Of a DNA stretch of 64,000 bases, positions 51,135 through 60,612 are shown piece after piece. The number at the start of each line of letters is the position of its first letter. Position 1 is the stretch's first letter. A program made the translations under genes and the position numbers. Under the pieces are notes generated by a model. It did not search any database. It saw only the letters and a list, made by a program, of their open reading frames with translations, and was not told the origin of the DNA. Source of the DNA: Candidatus Rokubacteria bacterium 13_1_40CM_69_27 (GTDB taxonomy: Bacteria; Methylomirabilota; Methylomirabilia; Rokubacteriales; CSP1-6); contig MNEF01000106.1 in NCBI GenBank assembly GCA_001917535.1, positions 1,511 through 65,510 on the forward strand, given 5' to 3'.

Positions 51135-52144
51135 CGCGTCGTACCGCTCGTTCGAGCGCCGGCTTCGCCGGCGCAATCGGATCTGGGGGAGGCCTGGGAG
51201 GGGGCCGTAACGTCCGCCCCCTCCAACGAGACGACCTGGGCGCGCACATGTCCATCGCCGGCGGCCTCTATCGCGCGCTGGAGCGCGGCCGCGAGGTCGG
51301 TTGCTGCACGGTGCAGATCTTCCTCAAGAACCAGCGCCAGTGGTCCGCCCCGCGGCTCCGGGACGAGGACGTGCGCGCCTTCGCCGCCGCCCGGCGTCAG
51401 ACCGGCATCCGTCCCGTCTTCGCCCACGGGAGCTACCTCATCAACCTGGCGGCGCCGGATCAGGCGCAGTGGGCGCAGGCGGTCGACGCCTTCGCCGACG
51501 AGCTGGAGCGAGGCGAGGCGCTGGGGCTCAGCTGCGTGGTTATCCACCCCGGCTCTCACCTGGGCGCGGGGGCCGAGACGGGGTTGCGGCGCGTGACGGC
51601 GGCACTCGACGAGGTGACGCGCCGGACCACGGGCTACCGTATCCGGATCGCGCTCGAGAACACGGCCGGCGGCGGTTACACGCTCGGGCGGACGTTCGCC
51701 GAGCTGGGCGCGCTGCTGGCGGGAGCCGCGCGGCCCGAGCGTCTCGGCGTCTGCATCGACACCTGCCACCTCTTCGCCGCCGGTTACGACATCGGCCGGC
51801 ACCGAGGCTACCAGGCCGCGATCACGGAGTGCGCCCGGACGGTCGGCCTCAGCCGAATCCTCGCCTTCCACCTCAACGACGCGGGGGCGCCCCGCGGCTC
51901 CGGGCTCGACCGTCACCAGCACATCGGCGAGGGTTTTCTGGGGCCCGGCGCCTTCCGGCGGCTGCTCAAGGATCGGCGGTTCGCCCGGATTCCCAAGGTG
52001 CTTGAGACGCCCAAGGAGCCCGAGCCCCAGGCGGACCGCCGGAACCTTGCGCGGCTGCGCGCGCTCCGGGCTAGCGCGACGTCGTCACGCCCACCCGTCG
52101 GCAGAGCGGCCGCACGGGGCAGAGCGAGCAGCGGGGCGAGATAG
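51131..52144 (+). CDS. nfo: Endonuclease IV with a repeat-derived N-terminal extension
   Basis: LGAHMSIAGG, HGSYLINL, HPGS, LENTAG, DTCH, HLND, DRH, LETP. Confidence 0.93.
   Translation: MTRRTARSSAGFAGAIGSGGGLGGGRNVRPLQRDDLGAHMSIAGGLYRALERGREVGCCTVQIFLKNQRQWSAPRLRDEDVRAFAAARRQTGIRPVFAHGSYLINLAAPDQAQWAQAVDAFADELERGEALGLSCVVIHPGSHLGAGAETGLRRVTAALDEVTRRTTGYRIRIALENTAGGGYTLGRTFAELGALLAGAARPERLGVCIDTCHLFAAGYDIGRHRGYQAAITECARTVGLSRILAFHLNDAGAPRGSGLDRHQHIGEGFLGPGAFRRLLKDRRFARIPKVLETPKEPEPQADRRNLARLRALRASATSSRPPVGRAAARGRASSGAR
51151..51226 (-). repeat. Repeat family A, copy 4 (inverted, inside the nfo 5' end)
   Basis: Reverse complement: TTGGAGGGGGCGGACGTTACGGCCCCCTCCCAGGCCTCCCCCAGATCCGATTGCGCCGGCGAAGCCGGCGCTCGAA. 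Confidence 0.87.
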
Positions 52145-52718
52145 GCGTGCAGACGTTCTGGCCGAAGCTGACCAGGAGATCGTTGTAGCCGATCCAGTAC
52201 CGGCGCGGGAGTTTCGCCCGCAGCGCCATTTCCGTCTTCTCGGGGGTCGGGGTCTTCACGTACCCCAGCCGGTTCGAGATGCGATGGACGTGCGTGTCGA
52301 CGCAGATCCCCGGCTTGCCGTAGCCCATGGTCACCACCAGATTGGCGGTCTTCCGGCCCACCCCCTTGAGCGTCAGGAGCTCGTCGATCTCGTCGGGCAC
52401 GCGTCCGCCGAAGCGCTCCAGGAGCTCGCGGCAGATCGCGCGGATCACGCGGGCCTTGGTGCGGTAGAAGCCGACGGGGTAGATAGCGCGCTCGATCCGC
52501 GCGGCCGTCAGGCGGAGCATCCCCTCCGGGGTGTCGGCCAGCGCGAACAGCCGCTCGGCGGCGGGCCCCGTGGTCGTATCCTGGGTGCGGAGCGACAGGA
52601 TGCACGCGATCAGGACGCGGAAGGGGTCGCGCGTCCGGGCGGCGACGACGGCCAGCGCAGTCGGGTTCCAGCGCGGCTTGGTCCGCTGGAGCCGGTGAAT
52701 GACCGCGCCGATCGTCAC
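52071..52718 (-). CDS. nth: Endonuclease III
   Basis: LKGVGRKTANLV HhH motif, VDTHV, C-x6-C-x2-C-x5-C. Confidence 0.95.
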   Translation of the reverse strand: MTIGAVIHRLQRTKPRWNPTALAVVAARTRDPFRVLIACILSLRTQDTTTGPAAERLFALADTPEGMLRLTAARIERAIYPVGFYRTKARVIRAICRELLERFGGRVPDEIDELLTLKGVGRKTANLVVTMGYGKPGICVDTHVHRISNRLGYVKTPTPEKTEMALRAKLPRRYWIGYNDLLVSFGQNVCTPISPRCSLCPVRPLCRRVGVTTSR

Positions 52719-53449
52719 CGCGTGTCCTTGATGGACTCGAGGAGCGTGCGGGCGCGGGGCAGGTCCTTGACGGTCCAGTCGGCGATGCTGGTCGGCGCCT
52801 TCTCGCCGATCACCCGCTCGAGCTCCCGGCGTGCCTCCGCCTGGCGGCCCGTCGCGATCAGGAGGCGGGCAAGGTCGTTCCGGATGACGGTGAACCTCGG
52901 GTCGATCGCCAAACCCTGGCGGTAGTGCTCCTCGGCCTTCTTCCGGTCGCCGCCGAACAGCGCCGGCACCTCGAAGAAAACGTTGCCGGCCAGCGCGTGC
53001 CCCCGGACCGAGCGCGGGTTGAGGCCGAAGATGGTGTTCAGTTCCTCACGGAGCGTGGGCAGGAGGAAGAGCGACCGCATGACGCCTTTGGTCTGGCCCC
53101 AGCGTCCGGTGTTGATCGCGTACCACACGTGGGCTTCCTCGCTCCGGGGCGCCAGCTCCACGGCCCGCTGGCCCAGCTCCCGCCCGCGGGCGTAGGCGGC
53201 CAGCTTGTCCTCGTCGGTGGTGGCGCGGATCTCGCCGTAGAGGAAGTAGATGCGGGAGAGAAGCACGAGCGTCTCGACCTGCCGCTCGCGCTTGAGCTCC
53301 TCTTCGAGGAGGTCGCGGGCCCGGTCGATGCGGGCGGGGTCTTCGTGGTAGCGCGCGATCAGCGCGCGGCCCGCCTCCCGCGGTGTCTCCGCCGCGGCCG
53401 GCGTGGCGAGACAGAGCGCGAGGCCGAGCCCCGCGAGGCGTTTGGACAT
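52715..53449 (-). CDS. Secreted TPR-like helical repeat protein
   Basis: Signal peptide; AVELAPRSEEAHVWYA and KAEEHYRQGLAIDP repeats. Confidence 0.78.
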   Translation of the reverse strand: MSKRLAGLGLALCLATPAAAETPREAGRALIARYHEDPARIDRARDLLEEELKRERQVETLVLLSRIYFLYGEIRATTDEDKLAAYARGRELGQRAVELAPRSEEAHVWYAINTGRWGQTKGVMRSLFLLPTLREELNTIFGLNPRSVRGHALAGNVFFEVPALFGGDRKKAEEHYRQGLAIDPRFTVIRNDLARLLIATGRQAEARRELERVIGEKAPTSIADWTVKDLPRARTLLESIKDTR

Positions 53450-53457
53450 CGCCGCGC

Positions 53458-53486
53458 ACTCTACCGCCCGCCCTCAGGGGTGTCAA
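53458..53486 (-). promoter_or_regulatory. Sigma70 promoter, probably leaderless, for the TPR-nth operon
   Basis: Minus strand TTGACA-17 nt-TAGAGT, 8 nt before the ATG. Confidence 0.7.
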
Positions 53487-53609
53487 TCGAGAGCGGCGGC
53501 CCGAGTTGACACGCGCCCTCGCTTTGCCGATGCTCGGCTCGTGCTCGCGCCCGGCGATCGGCCCTGGGCAGGGGGCAGGAGCGCGAGGGATCACGATGAC
53601 TCTGGACTC

Positions 53610-54065
53610 ATGAGAGCACTCCGGACGCTCGCCGTCGCCTGCGTGGCGGCCTGGCTGGGCGTGATGGCATTCTTCTCCCTGGCCGCGGCGCCGCTGCTCT
53701 TCCGCACGATCGAGCGCGCGAGCGCGGGGCAGGTGGTCGCCGCGCTCCTGCCGCACTATTACCGCTGGGGCATCACGCTCTGCGTCCCGGCGCTGGTGGC
53801 CCTGCTGACGCTGACCCTGGGGACACGGGCGGGGCGTACCCGCCATCTGGCGGGGGCCGTCCTGGCCGGGGCCATGGTCGCGCTGCTCAGCTGGGCGCTC
53901 ACCGTGACGTTGCCGGCCGCCGAGGGTGCCCGCCGCGCGGGGGACACCGAGCGGTTCACGGCCGCGCACCGGAGCGCCATGCGCCTCAATCTCCTGACGA
54001 TGCTCTGCGGGGCGGGCCTGGTCGCGCTCGAAGCGTTCACCGGGGCCGGGCGGCGGGACGAATGA
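53610..54065 (+). CDS. DUF4149-like membrane protein
   Basis: WLG-x3-FF-x4-AP-x2-F, AGQV, F-x3-H-x2-A; four TM segments. Confidence 0.75.
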   Translation: MRALRTLAVACVAAWLGVMAFFSLAAAPLLFRTIERASAGQVVAALLPHYYRWGITLCVPALVALLTLTLGTRAGRTRHLAGAVLAGAMVALLSWALTVTLPAAEGARRAGDTERFTAAHRSAMRLNLLTMLCGAGLVALEAFTGAGRRDE

Positions 54066-54507
54066 AGGCGATGAGCGCGGCGAGACGATCCGGAACCGCC
54101 TCCGCCGGCTCATGGGCCAGCGCCTCGCCGGCGGCCAGGGCGAGCCAGGCCAGCATATCCGTGGGGACGTCGCTGCGCGTGGCCCCCGCGCGCTCAAGCA
54201 GATCGCCGAGCGCCAGGCGCACCTGCTCGCGCGCCCACGCCAGCGCCAGCGCCCGCGACTTTTCGCGCCCGCGACGCGGCCCGTGGGGCGATCGCGCCTC
54301 GCGCGGCGGCTCGACGTAGCTCAGACGGGCGAGCGCTTCGCCGAGCGCCTCACCGGGCGGGCGGCCTCCGCGCGCGAGCGCGGCGAGCTCGCGGGCCACG
54401 CGGAGCAGCCTCGCCTCCTCCGGACCCGGTGGTCCACTCGGCCGCGTCGCCGCCGCCGGAGGCGATGGGCGCGACGCACGCCGCGGCTTCCTGCGCCTCG
54501 AAGCCAT
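54037..54507 (-). CDS. Hypothetical protein
   Basis: Fills the gap, with a helical C-terminal half; extended -10 TGCTATGGT 9 nt upstream; no family recognised. Confidence 0.5.
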   Translation of the reverse strand: MASRRRKPRRASRPSPPAAATRPSGPPGPEEARLLRVARELAALARGGRPPGEALGEALARLSYVEPPREARSPHGPRRGREKSRALALAWAREQVRLALGDLLERAGATRSDVPTDMLAWLALAAGEALAHEPAEAVPDRLAALIAFIRPAARPR

Positions 54508-54578
54508 GACCGCTCAACCATAGCAAGGGTTCACGCGCTCAGGTGGCAGTCGCCTTGCACAAGCTTGGACCGGGGGGA

Positions 54579-55247
54579 ATGATGTTTCGACGCATCAGCC
54601 TGACAGCGTGCACGCTCGTGCTGGGGCTCACCCTCGCGGCGGGCGCCGACGAAGTCATCACCGGCACGGTCGTCCGCGTGGATGAACACGCGGGTGTGAT
54701 CGTGCTCGACGACGCGCGAATGTACAGAGTCGCCGATGGCGGCGCCGTGCTGGTGAACAGCCAAGCGATGGAGCTGCGGGAGATCGAGCCCGGAACGAGA
54801 GTGGTCATCCGCTCCGGCCAGCCGGTCGAGTACCGCGACGGTCAGTACGTCGTCATCACCCAGCCGGAGCCCGCCGCATCGCCCGCCACCACGGTCGTGA
54901 CGCCGCCGCCGGCGCCGATCACCCTGACGGAGGGTGCGATCACGGGCACCGTGTCAAGCGTCGACGAGCCCGCCAGCGTGGTGGTCCTCAGTGACGGGCG
55001 CATGGTGCAGATCGGGCCGAAGACCATCATCCTCGCCGACGGCCGGCCGATCCACCTCGCCGCGCTCAAGCCCGGCGCGAAGGTGATCATCAGTGCGGTC
55101 AATCCCGTCGTCTACCGCAACGGCCGCTACGCCTTGCTCAACTCGGGCTTCCGTGATTCGGGGACCGGCAGCTCGCTAACGTGGGACTCGCAGTGGGCGG
55201 GGTACGAGGTGGAGATCGAACACGGCGGCATGCAGATCCAGTCGTAA
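54579..55247 (+). CDS. Secreted protein with two tandem OB-fold-like beta domains
   Basis: Signal peptide; internal duplication ITGTV-x2-VDE...VL-x-D-x-RM...PG-x2-V-x-I...PV-x-YR-x-G-x-Y, joined by a Pro/Thr linker. Confidence 0.72.
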   Translation: MMFRRISLTACTLVLGLTLAAGADEVITGTVVRVDEHAGVIVLDDARMYRVADGGAVLVNSQAMELREIEPGTRVVIRSGQPVEYRDGQYVVITQPEPAASPATTVVTPPPAPITLTEGAITGTVSSVDEPASVVVLSDGRMVQIGPKTIILADGRPIHLAALKPGAKVIISAVNPVVYRNGRYALLNSGFRDSGTGSSLTWDSQWAGYEVEIEHGGMQIQS

Positions 55248-55301
55248 CCGCGCCTGGATGCTCGCGCGTCCGCCCCCATCGGGCGCTGACGCCGGCTGAG
55301 G

Positions 55302-55366
55302 GAGGGGACGGGGCAGGCTCTGCCGGCGAGTTGTTTTTCGAAGCCGGAGAGCCTGCCCCGCCCCTC
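55302..55366. terminator. Long hairpin between convergent genes
   Basis: GAGGGGACGGGGCAGGCTCTGCCGGC...GCCGGAGAGCCTGCCCCGCCCCTC; no flanking U tract. Confidence 0.5.
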
Positions 55367-56593
55367 ACTCGTACCGGAGCGCCTCGATTGGGTCGAGCCG
55401 CGCGGCTTTGCGCGCGGGATAGAAGCCGAAGAAGATCCCGATCGCGGCGGCGAAGCCGAAGGCCAGCGCGATGGCCTCCGGAGCGACCAGGGTGCGCCAC
55501 TCGGCGAAGTAGCTGATGGTCCGGGAGCCCGCCAGCCCCAGCGCGATCCCGATCACGCCGCCGATCAACGACAGCGTAATGGCCTCGACCAGGAACTGCA
55601 GCAGGATGTCCCGGCCGCGCGCGCCCACCGCCATGCGAAGCCCGATCTCACGCGTCCTCTCGGTGACCGAGACCAGCATGATGTTCATGATCCCGATACC
55701 GCCGACGAGCAGCGACACGGAGGCGATGGCGGCGAGCAGGTAGGTCATCACCCGCGTGGACTCCTCCTGCGTCTGGAGCACCTCGGACAGGTTGCGCAGG
55801 GAGAAGTCGTCGTCCTGGTTGGGCTGGAGGCGATGGCGCTGGCGCAGCAGGGCGCGGATCTGCGACTCCGCCTCGGTCATGTCCTCGCCCTGCCGCACCT
55901 TGACTGAAATGGAGCCGACGGAGCGGTAGTTGGCCTGCGCCGCCCCCAGCACCTTTTTTTTCGCCGTCGACAGTGGGATCAGGATGACGTCGTCCTGGTC
56001 CTGGCCCCAGGAGGTTTGCCCCTTGCGCGAGAGCAGGCCCACCACGGTGAACGGCACCTTCTTGATGCGAATAGTCTGGCCCAGCGGGTCAGCGTCGCCG
56101 AAGAGGTTGAGCGCGGTCGTCTGGCCGATGAGCGCGACCTTCGTCGCCCCGTCGACGTCGTCCGGCGCGATGGGCCGGCCGGCGTCCAGCCCCCAATCGC
56201 GGGCCTCGAGGTAGTCCACCGTCACGCCCTGGATCCCCGTGGCCCAGTTGAGGTTACCGTAAACGACCTGGGCGGAGCCGCGATTCGACGGCGCGGCCAC
56301 CTGCACGGTGGGGATCTCGCGCGCGATGGCGGCGGCGTCGTCCTCGGTGATGGTGAGCTGGCTGCCCTGACCGAGCCGGATGCCGCTGCTCGTGATGCTG
56401 CCGGACAAGACGATGATGAGGTTCGATCCGAGACTCTGGATCTGCTCGGCGACCCGTGCCTGCGCGCCTGAGCCCACGCTCACCATCGCGATCACCGCGC
56501 CGACGCCGATGATGATCCCGAGCATTGTGAGCGCGCTCCGGAGCTTGTTGACCCGCAACGCGCGGAGGGCTATACGCGCGGACTGCAAAATGT

Positions 56594-56597
<4 letters not shown>
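55365..56597 (-). CDS. MacB/FtsX-type ABC permease
   Basis: [56 protein letters not shown]. Confidence 0.95.
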
Positions 56598-57334
<737 letters not shown>

Positions 57335-57335
57335 G

Positions 57336-58967
57336 CTAGAGCCTCAGCCGCGGCCCGCCACCTGCCGGTCCTCCCTGGGGCCTGTTCTGGCCGCCCGCGC
57401 CCAGGGTGCCCACGATGACCTCCTGGCCTTCCTTCAGCTCGCCGCCCAGCACCTCGGTGAAGGTGCCGTCGCTGAGCCCCAGCATGACCGGCACGGCTTT
57501 GGGCCGCCCGTCGGGACCGGGACCGAAGACGCGCCCGGGAGTCCCGCCGCCGCGCCCCTCGGCCGGGAACTGGTCATAGCGCGCGCGCTGCTCGGCGGTC
57601 AGCATCTCGCGGATGCGGGCCCGCATCGTCTCGAGGATCTGCTGGGCGCGGGACTCGCTCAGCCCCGCGCTCTGCAGCGCCTGGAGCTGGCTGCGCCTGT
57701 CCGTAAGGATCGGATCGAGCTTCGCTTGCTGCTCGGCGGTGAGCCCCAGGCCGCGCACGAGACCCTCGCGCAGGTTCTCGCCCAGCCCAGGCCGGCTCGG
57801 CGACGCGCCCCCGCTGGCCCGGGGGGCGGCCTCGCCCGCCTCGGCGCCGGCAGGACGGAACCTGAGCGAAGCGTTCGGGATCTTGAGGACGTTCGGCTTC
57901 TCGGCGATGACCAGCTTCACGTTGGCGGTCATGCCGGGCAGGAGCTTGCCATCCGGGTTGGCGACCGCGACGATCACGATGTAGGTGACGACGTTCTGGT
58001 TGACCACCGGCGCTTTGCGGATCTGGGTCACACGACCGCTGAACGTCTCGCCGGCGAAGGCGTCCACGGTGAAGGTTGCGATGCCGTCCAGCCGGACCTT
58101 GCCGATGTCAGCCTCGTCCACGCTGGTCTCGACCTGCATCTGTGTGAGGTCCTGGGCGATCGTGAAGAGCGTGGGGGCCTGGAGGCTCGCGGCCACGGTC
58201 TGCCCGACATCGACGGTGCGAGAGACGACGACGCCGTCCACCGGGGCCACGATGACGGTGTGCTCCAGATTGATTTCGGCTTGGCGCAGGTTGGCCTCGT
58301 TCTGGGCCACGATGGCCTTGGCGTTCTTGAGCTGGGCCTCGGCGACTTTAAGCTGGGCCTCGGCCGAGGTCACCGCCGCGGCCTGGGCACGCTCCTGGGC
58401 CACCGTGGCTTCGTGCTGCGCCACGGCCGAGTCGAACTGCACTTGCGCGGCGTCGAGGTCAGACTGGGCGATCAGGTCTCTCTGGCGGAGCTCCTGCTGG
58501 CGACTGACATTCCGCCGCCCGTCCGCCACCGCCACCTGAGCCTTGACCGTCTGAGCCTTCGCAGAGGCCAGGGCGGCCTTGGCATTGGCGAGGTCGGCCC
58601 GGGTCTTCTCGACCACCGCCTCCTGGTTAGCCATTGCCGCTCGGGCCGCCTCCAGCTGCGCTTTGGCTTGATTGACCTGGGCCTGGAGCATCTCGGGGTC
58701 GATCCGAGCGATGACCTGTCCTTTCTTCACCGGCGAGTTGAAGTCGACGTAGAGGTTCTTGATGTTTCCCGAAACCTGGCTGCCGACGAGCACGGTGATG
58801 ACGGCGTTGAGGTTGCCGGTGGCGGAGACAGCGGCGGTGAGGGGACCCCGCTCGACCCGGGCCAGGCGGTACTGCTGGCCCTGGCCCCGGCTCTGGACGT
58901 ACAAGTACCCCCAGACGCCGGTGGCGACGACGAGCACGACGAGCCCGAGCCAGACGAGACGCTTCAT
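57336..58967 (-). CDS. MacA-type periplasmic adaptor (MFP)
   Basis: VGSQVSG, long coiled coil, [19 protein letters not shown]. Confidence 0.93.
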   Translation of the reverse strand: MKRLVWLGLVVLVVATGVWGYLYVQSRGQGQQYRLARVERGPLTAAVSATGNLNAVITVLVGSQVSGNIKNLYVDFNSPVKKGQVIARIDPEMLQAQVNQAKAQLEAARAAMANQEAVVEKTRADLANAKAALASAKAQTVKAQVAVADGRRNVSRQQELRQRDLIAQSDLDAAQVQFDSAVAQHEATVAQERAQAAAVTSAEAQLKVAEAQLKNAKAIVAQNEANLRQAEINLEHTVIVAPVDGVVVSRTVDVGQTVAASLQAPTLFTIAQDLTQMQVETSVDEADIGKVRLDGIATFTVDAFAGETFSGRVTQIRKAPVVNQNVVTYIVIVAVANPDGKLLPGMTANVKLVIAEKPNVLKIPNASLRFRPAGAEAGEAAPRASGGASPSRPGLGENLREGLVRGLGLTAEQQAKLDPILTDRRSQLQALQSAGLSESRAQQILETMRARIREMLTAEQRARYDQFPAEGRGGGTPGRVFGPGPDGRPKAVPVMLGLSDGTFTEVLGGELKEGQEVIVGTLGAGGQNRPQGGPAGGGPRLRL

Positions 58968-59015
58968 CAAATATTAGACGGCGTTAGCCGGGCTGTGTTT
59001 ACCCCTTCGTCCAGC

Positions 59016-60335
59016 TTACCGCCGACCGCGGGCCCGATCGAGGCGGTAGATGGCGATCCGGTAATCGGAGAGCGCCTGCGCTTCGGTTTGCTGGGCCTGA
59101 GTCAGCGCGAGCTGGGCGTCGGTGAGCTCCAGGATCGTCCCCACGCCGGCGTCGAACCGGCCCTGGGCGAGGCGGAAGTTCTCCTGGGCCGAGGCCACGG
59201 CGGCCTGGGCGGCCTGGATCCGTTCGGCGGCTTCTCCCACCGTGAGCTGCGACTGCTCGACGTTCTGGATGATGTCGAGCTCGCTGGCGCGCACGCGCGC
59301 CCGGGCGGCGTCCATGTTCGCTTTCGCCTCGCGGTACCTCGCGATGCGGCCGCCGCCGTCGTAGAGGGTCCACGACATGGACAGCGTGGCCGTCCACGTC
59401 TCGCCGAGGTCGGTACGGGCGCCGCCATAGGTCCCGCTCCCGGTGATGTCAGGGAAGAAGTTGCGGAAGGCCTGGCGCTCGCTCGCCTCGGCCGATTCGG
59501 CGAGCAGCCGGGCCTGGCGCATCTCCGGACGCTCGCGCAAGGCCTCGGCGCGCAGGGCGGCCCGGTCGAGCGTGACCGGCTCGTAGACGAGGTTGTCCTG
59601 AACCTGCGTCGGCGTATCCACTTCGATGCCCATGCCCGTGTTCAACGCCACGCGCGCCAGGCGCTCGGCGTTCCGTGCCTGGATCACGGTCAACTTGGCG
59701 TTGGCCACATCCACTTCGGCGCGCGCCACATCGGACTTGGGACGGGTCCCGACCTCGAAAAAGCCGCGCGCGGACTTGAGGTTGAGCTCCGCGCGGTCCA
59801 GCGCCTGCTGGTTGACGCGGATCAGGCGCTCGGCAAGCAGCATGTTCGTGTACGCCTCTTTGACGGCGAGAGCGATGAGCTGACGCTGGAGCTCGATGTC
59901 CTCCAGCGCGACGGCGGCGAGCTTCTTGGCGGCGGCGGTCGCCGCCATGTTCTTGCCAAAGTCGAAGAGAAGCTGCGAGAGCGCGACCTGCGCGACGAGC
60001 GTGTCGCTGAACTCGCGGCTGGTGATCGTCGACGACGGCGGCGCCCCCACTGACTGGCTCTTTGCAGCGGTTACGGAGCCCGCGAGCTGGGGCAGGAGCG
60101 GTGCGATCGCCTGATCGACGCGGTAGCGCGCCGCGGCGTAATCGAACAGGCGCGCCTGGATCTGTGGCTGGGACGCCAGCGCGATGGCCACCGCCTCGTC
60201 CAGCGTCAACAGCCGACCCGCAACCTGAGGCGGGGCGGGGGGACCGGCCGGACTCTGCGCCCTCGCCGGAGCCGTCGGGGTGCACAGCACAAGCGCGGCA
60301 CCGACCGCGGCCGCGACGATGAAGGCCATCCTCAT
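59016..60335 (-). CDS. TolC-family outer-membrane efflux protein
   Basis: LTLDEAVAIAL, LFDFG, RFDAGVGTILELTDAQ. Confidence 0.92.
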   Translation of the reverse strand: MRMAFIVAAAVGAALVLCTPTAPARAQSPAGPPAPPQVAGRLLTLDEAVAIALASQPQIQARLFDYAAARYRVDQAIAPLLPQLAGSVTAAKSQSVGAPPSSTITSREFSDTLVAQVALSQLLFDFGKNMAATAAAKKLAAVALEDIELQRQLIALAVKEAYTNMLLAERLIRVNQQALDRAELNLKSARGFFEVGTRPKSDVARAEVDVANAKLTVIQARNAERLARVALNTGMGIEVDTPTQVQDNLVYEPVTLDRAALRAEALRERPEMRQARLLAESAEASERQAFRNFFPDITGSGTYGGARTDLGETWTATLSMSWTLYDGGGRIARYREAKANMDAARARVRASELDIIQNVEQSQLTVGEAAERIQAAQAAVASAQENFRLAQGRFDAGVGTILELTDAQLALTQAQQTEAQALSDYRIAIYRLDRARGRR

Positions 60336-60483
60336 GCGGGCGCTCCTCCGACCGCGCTCGTGAACACGCGAGTCCGGCGTGAGGATATCACGGCGGCCGC
60401 GGGGCCTTCGGGCGGCCCGGGCCGGCGGGGGACAAACAGTGGATGAGCTGTGGATGGTGGGTGGACACCTTTTTTCTTGACGG

Positions 60484-60530
60484 CCGCTAGATCCTGCGTG
60501 CTAGAGTCCGTCCACCACAAGATATAGTTA
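60484..60530 (+). promoter_or_regulatory. Tandem NrdR boxes over the nrdJ promoter
   Basis: ccaCAAGATATAGtta (60515-30) matches acaCwAtATaTwGtg; a weaker box ccgCTAGATCCTGcgt lies 31 bp upstream; TTGACG and TGCTAGAGT promoter elements are interleaved. Confidence 0.7.
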
Positions 60531-60612
60531 TAGGAGGGGTCCGCTCCGGGTCTGCCGGCGGGGCCAGCGGCGCGACCCTCCACCGGTGTCCGAGCGAAGG
60601 GAGGAACGGAGC

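Noticed and set aside
9919-51226. CRISPR array or tRNA reading of the repeats
   Set aside because: Copies are dispersed, not regularly spaced with spacers; no cas genes; no cloverleaf.
60531-60612. Cobalamin riboswitch upstream of nrdJ
   Set aside because: The leader is too short and no B12-box was recognised; NrdR boxes explain the regulation.
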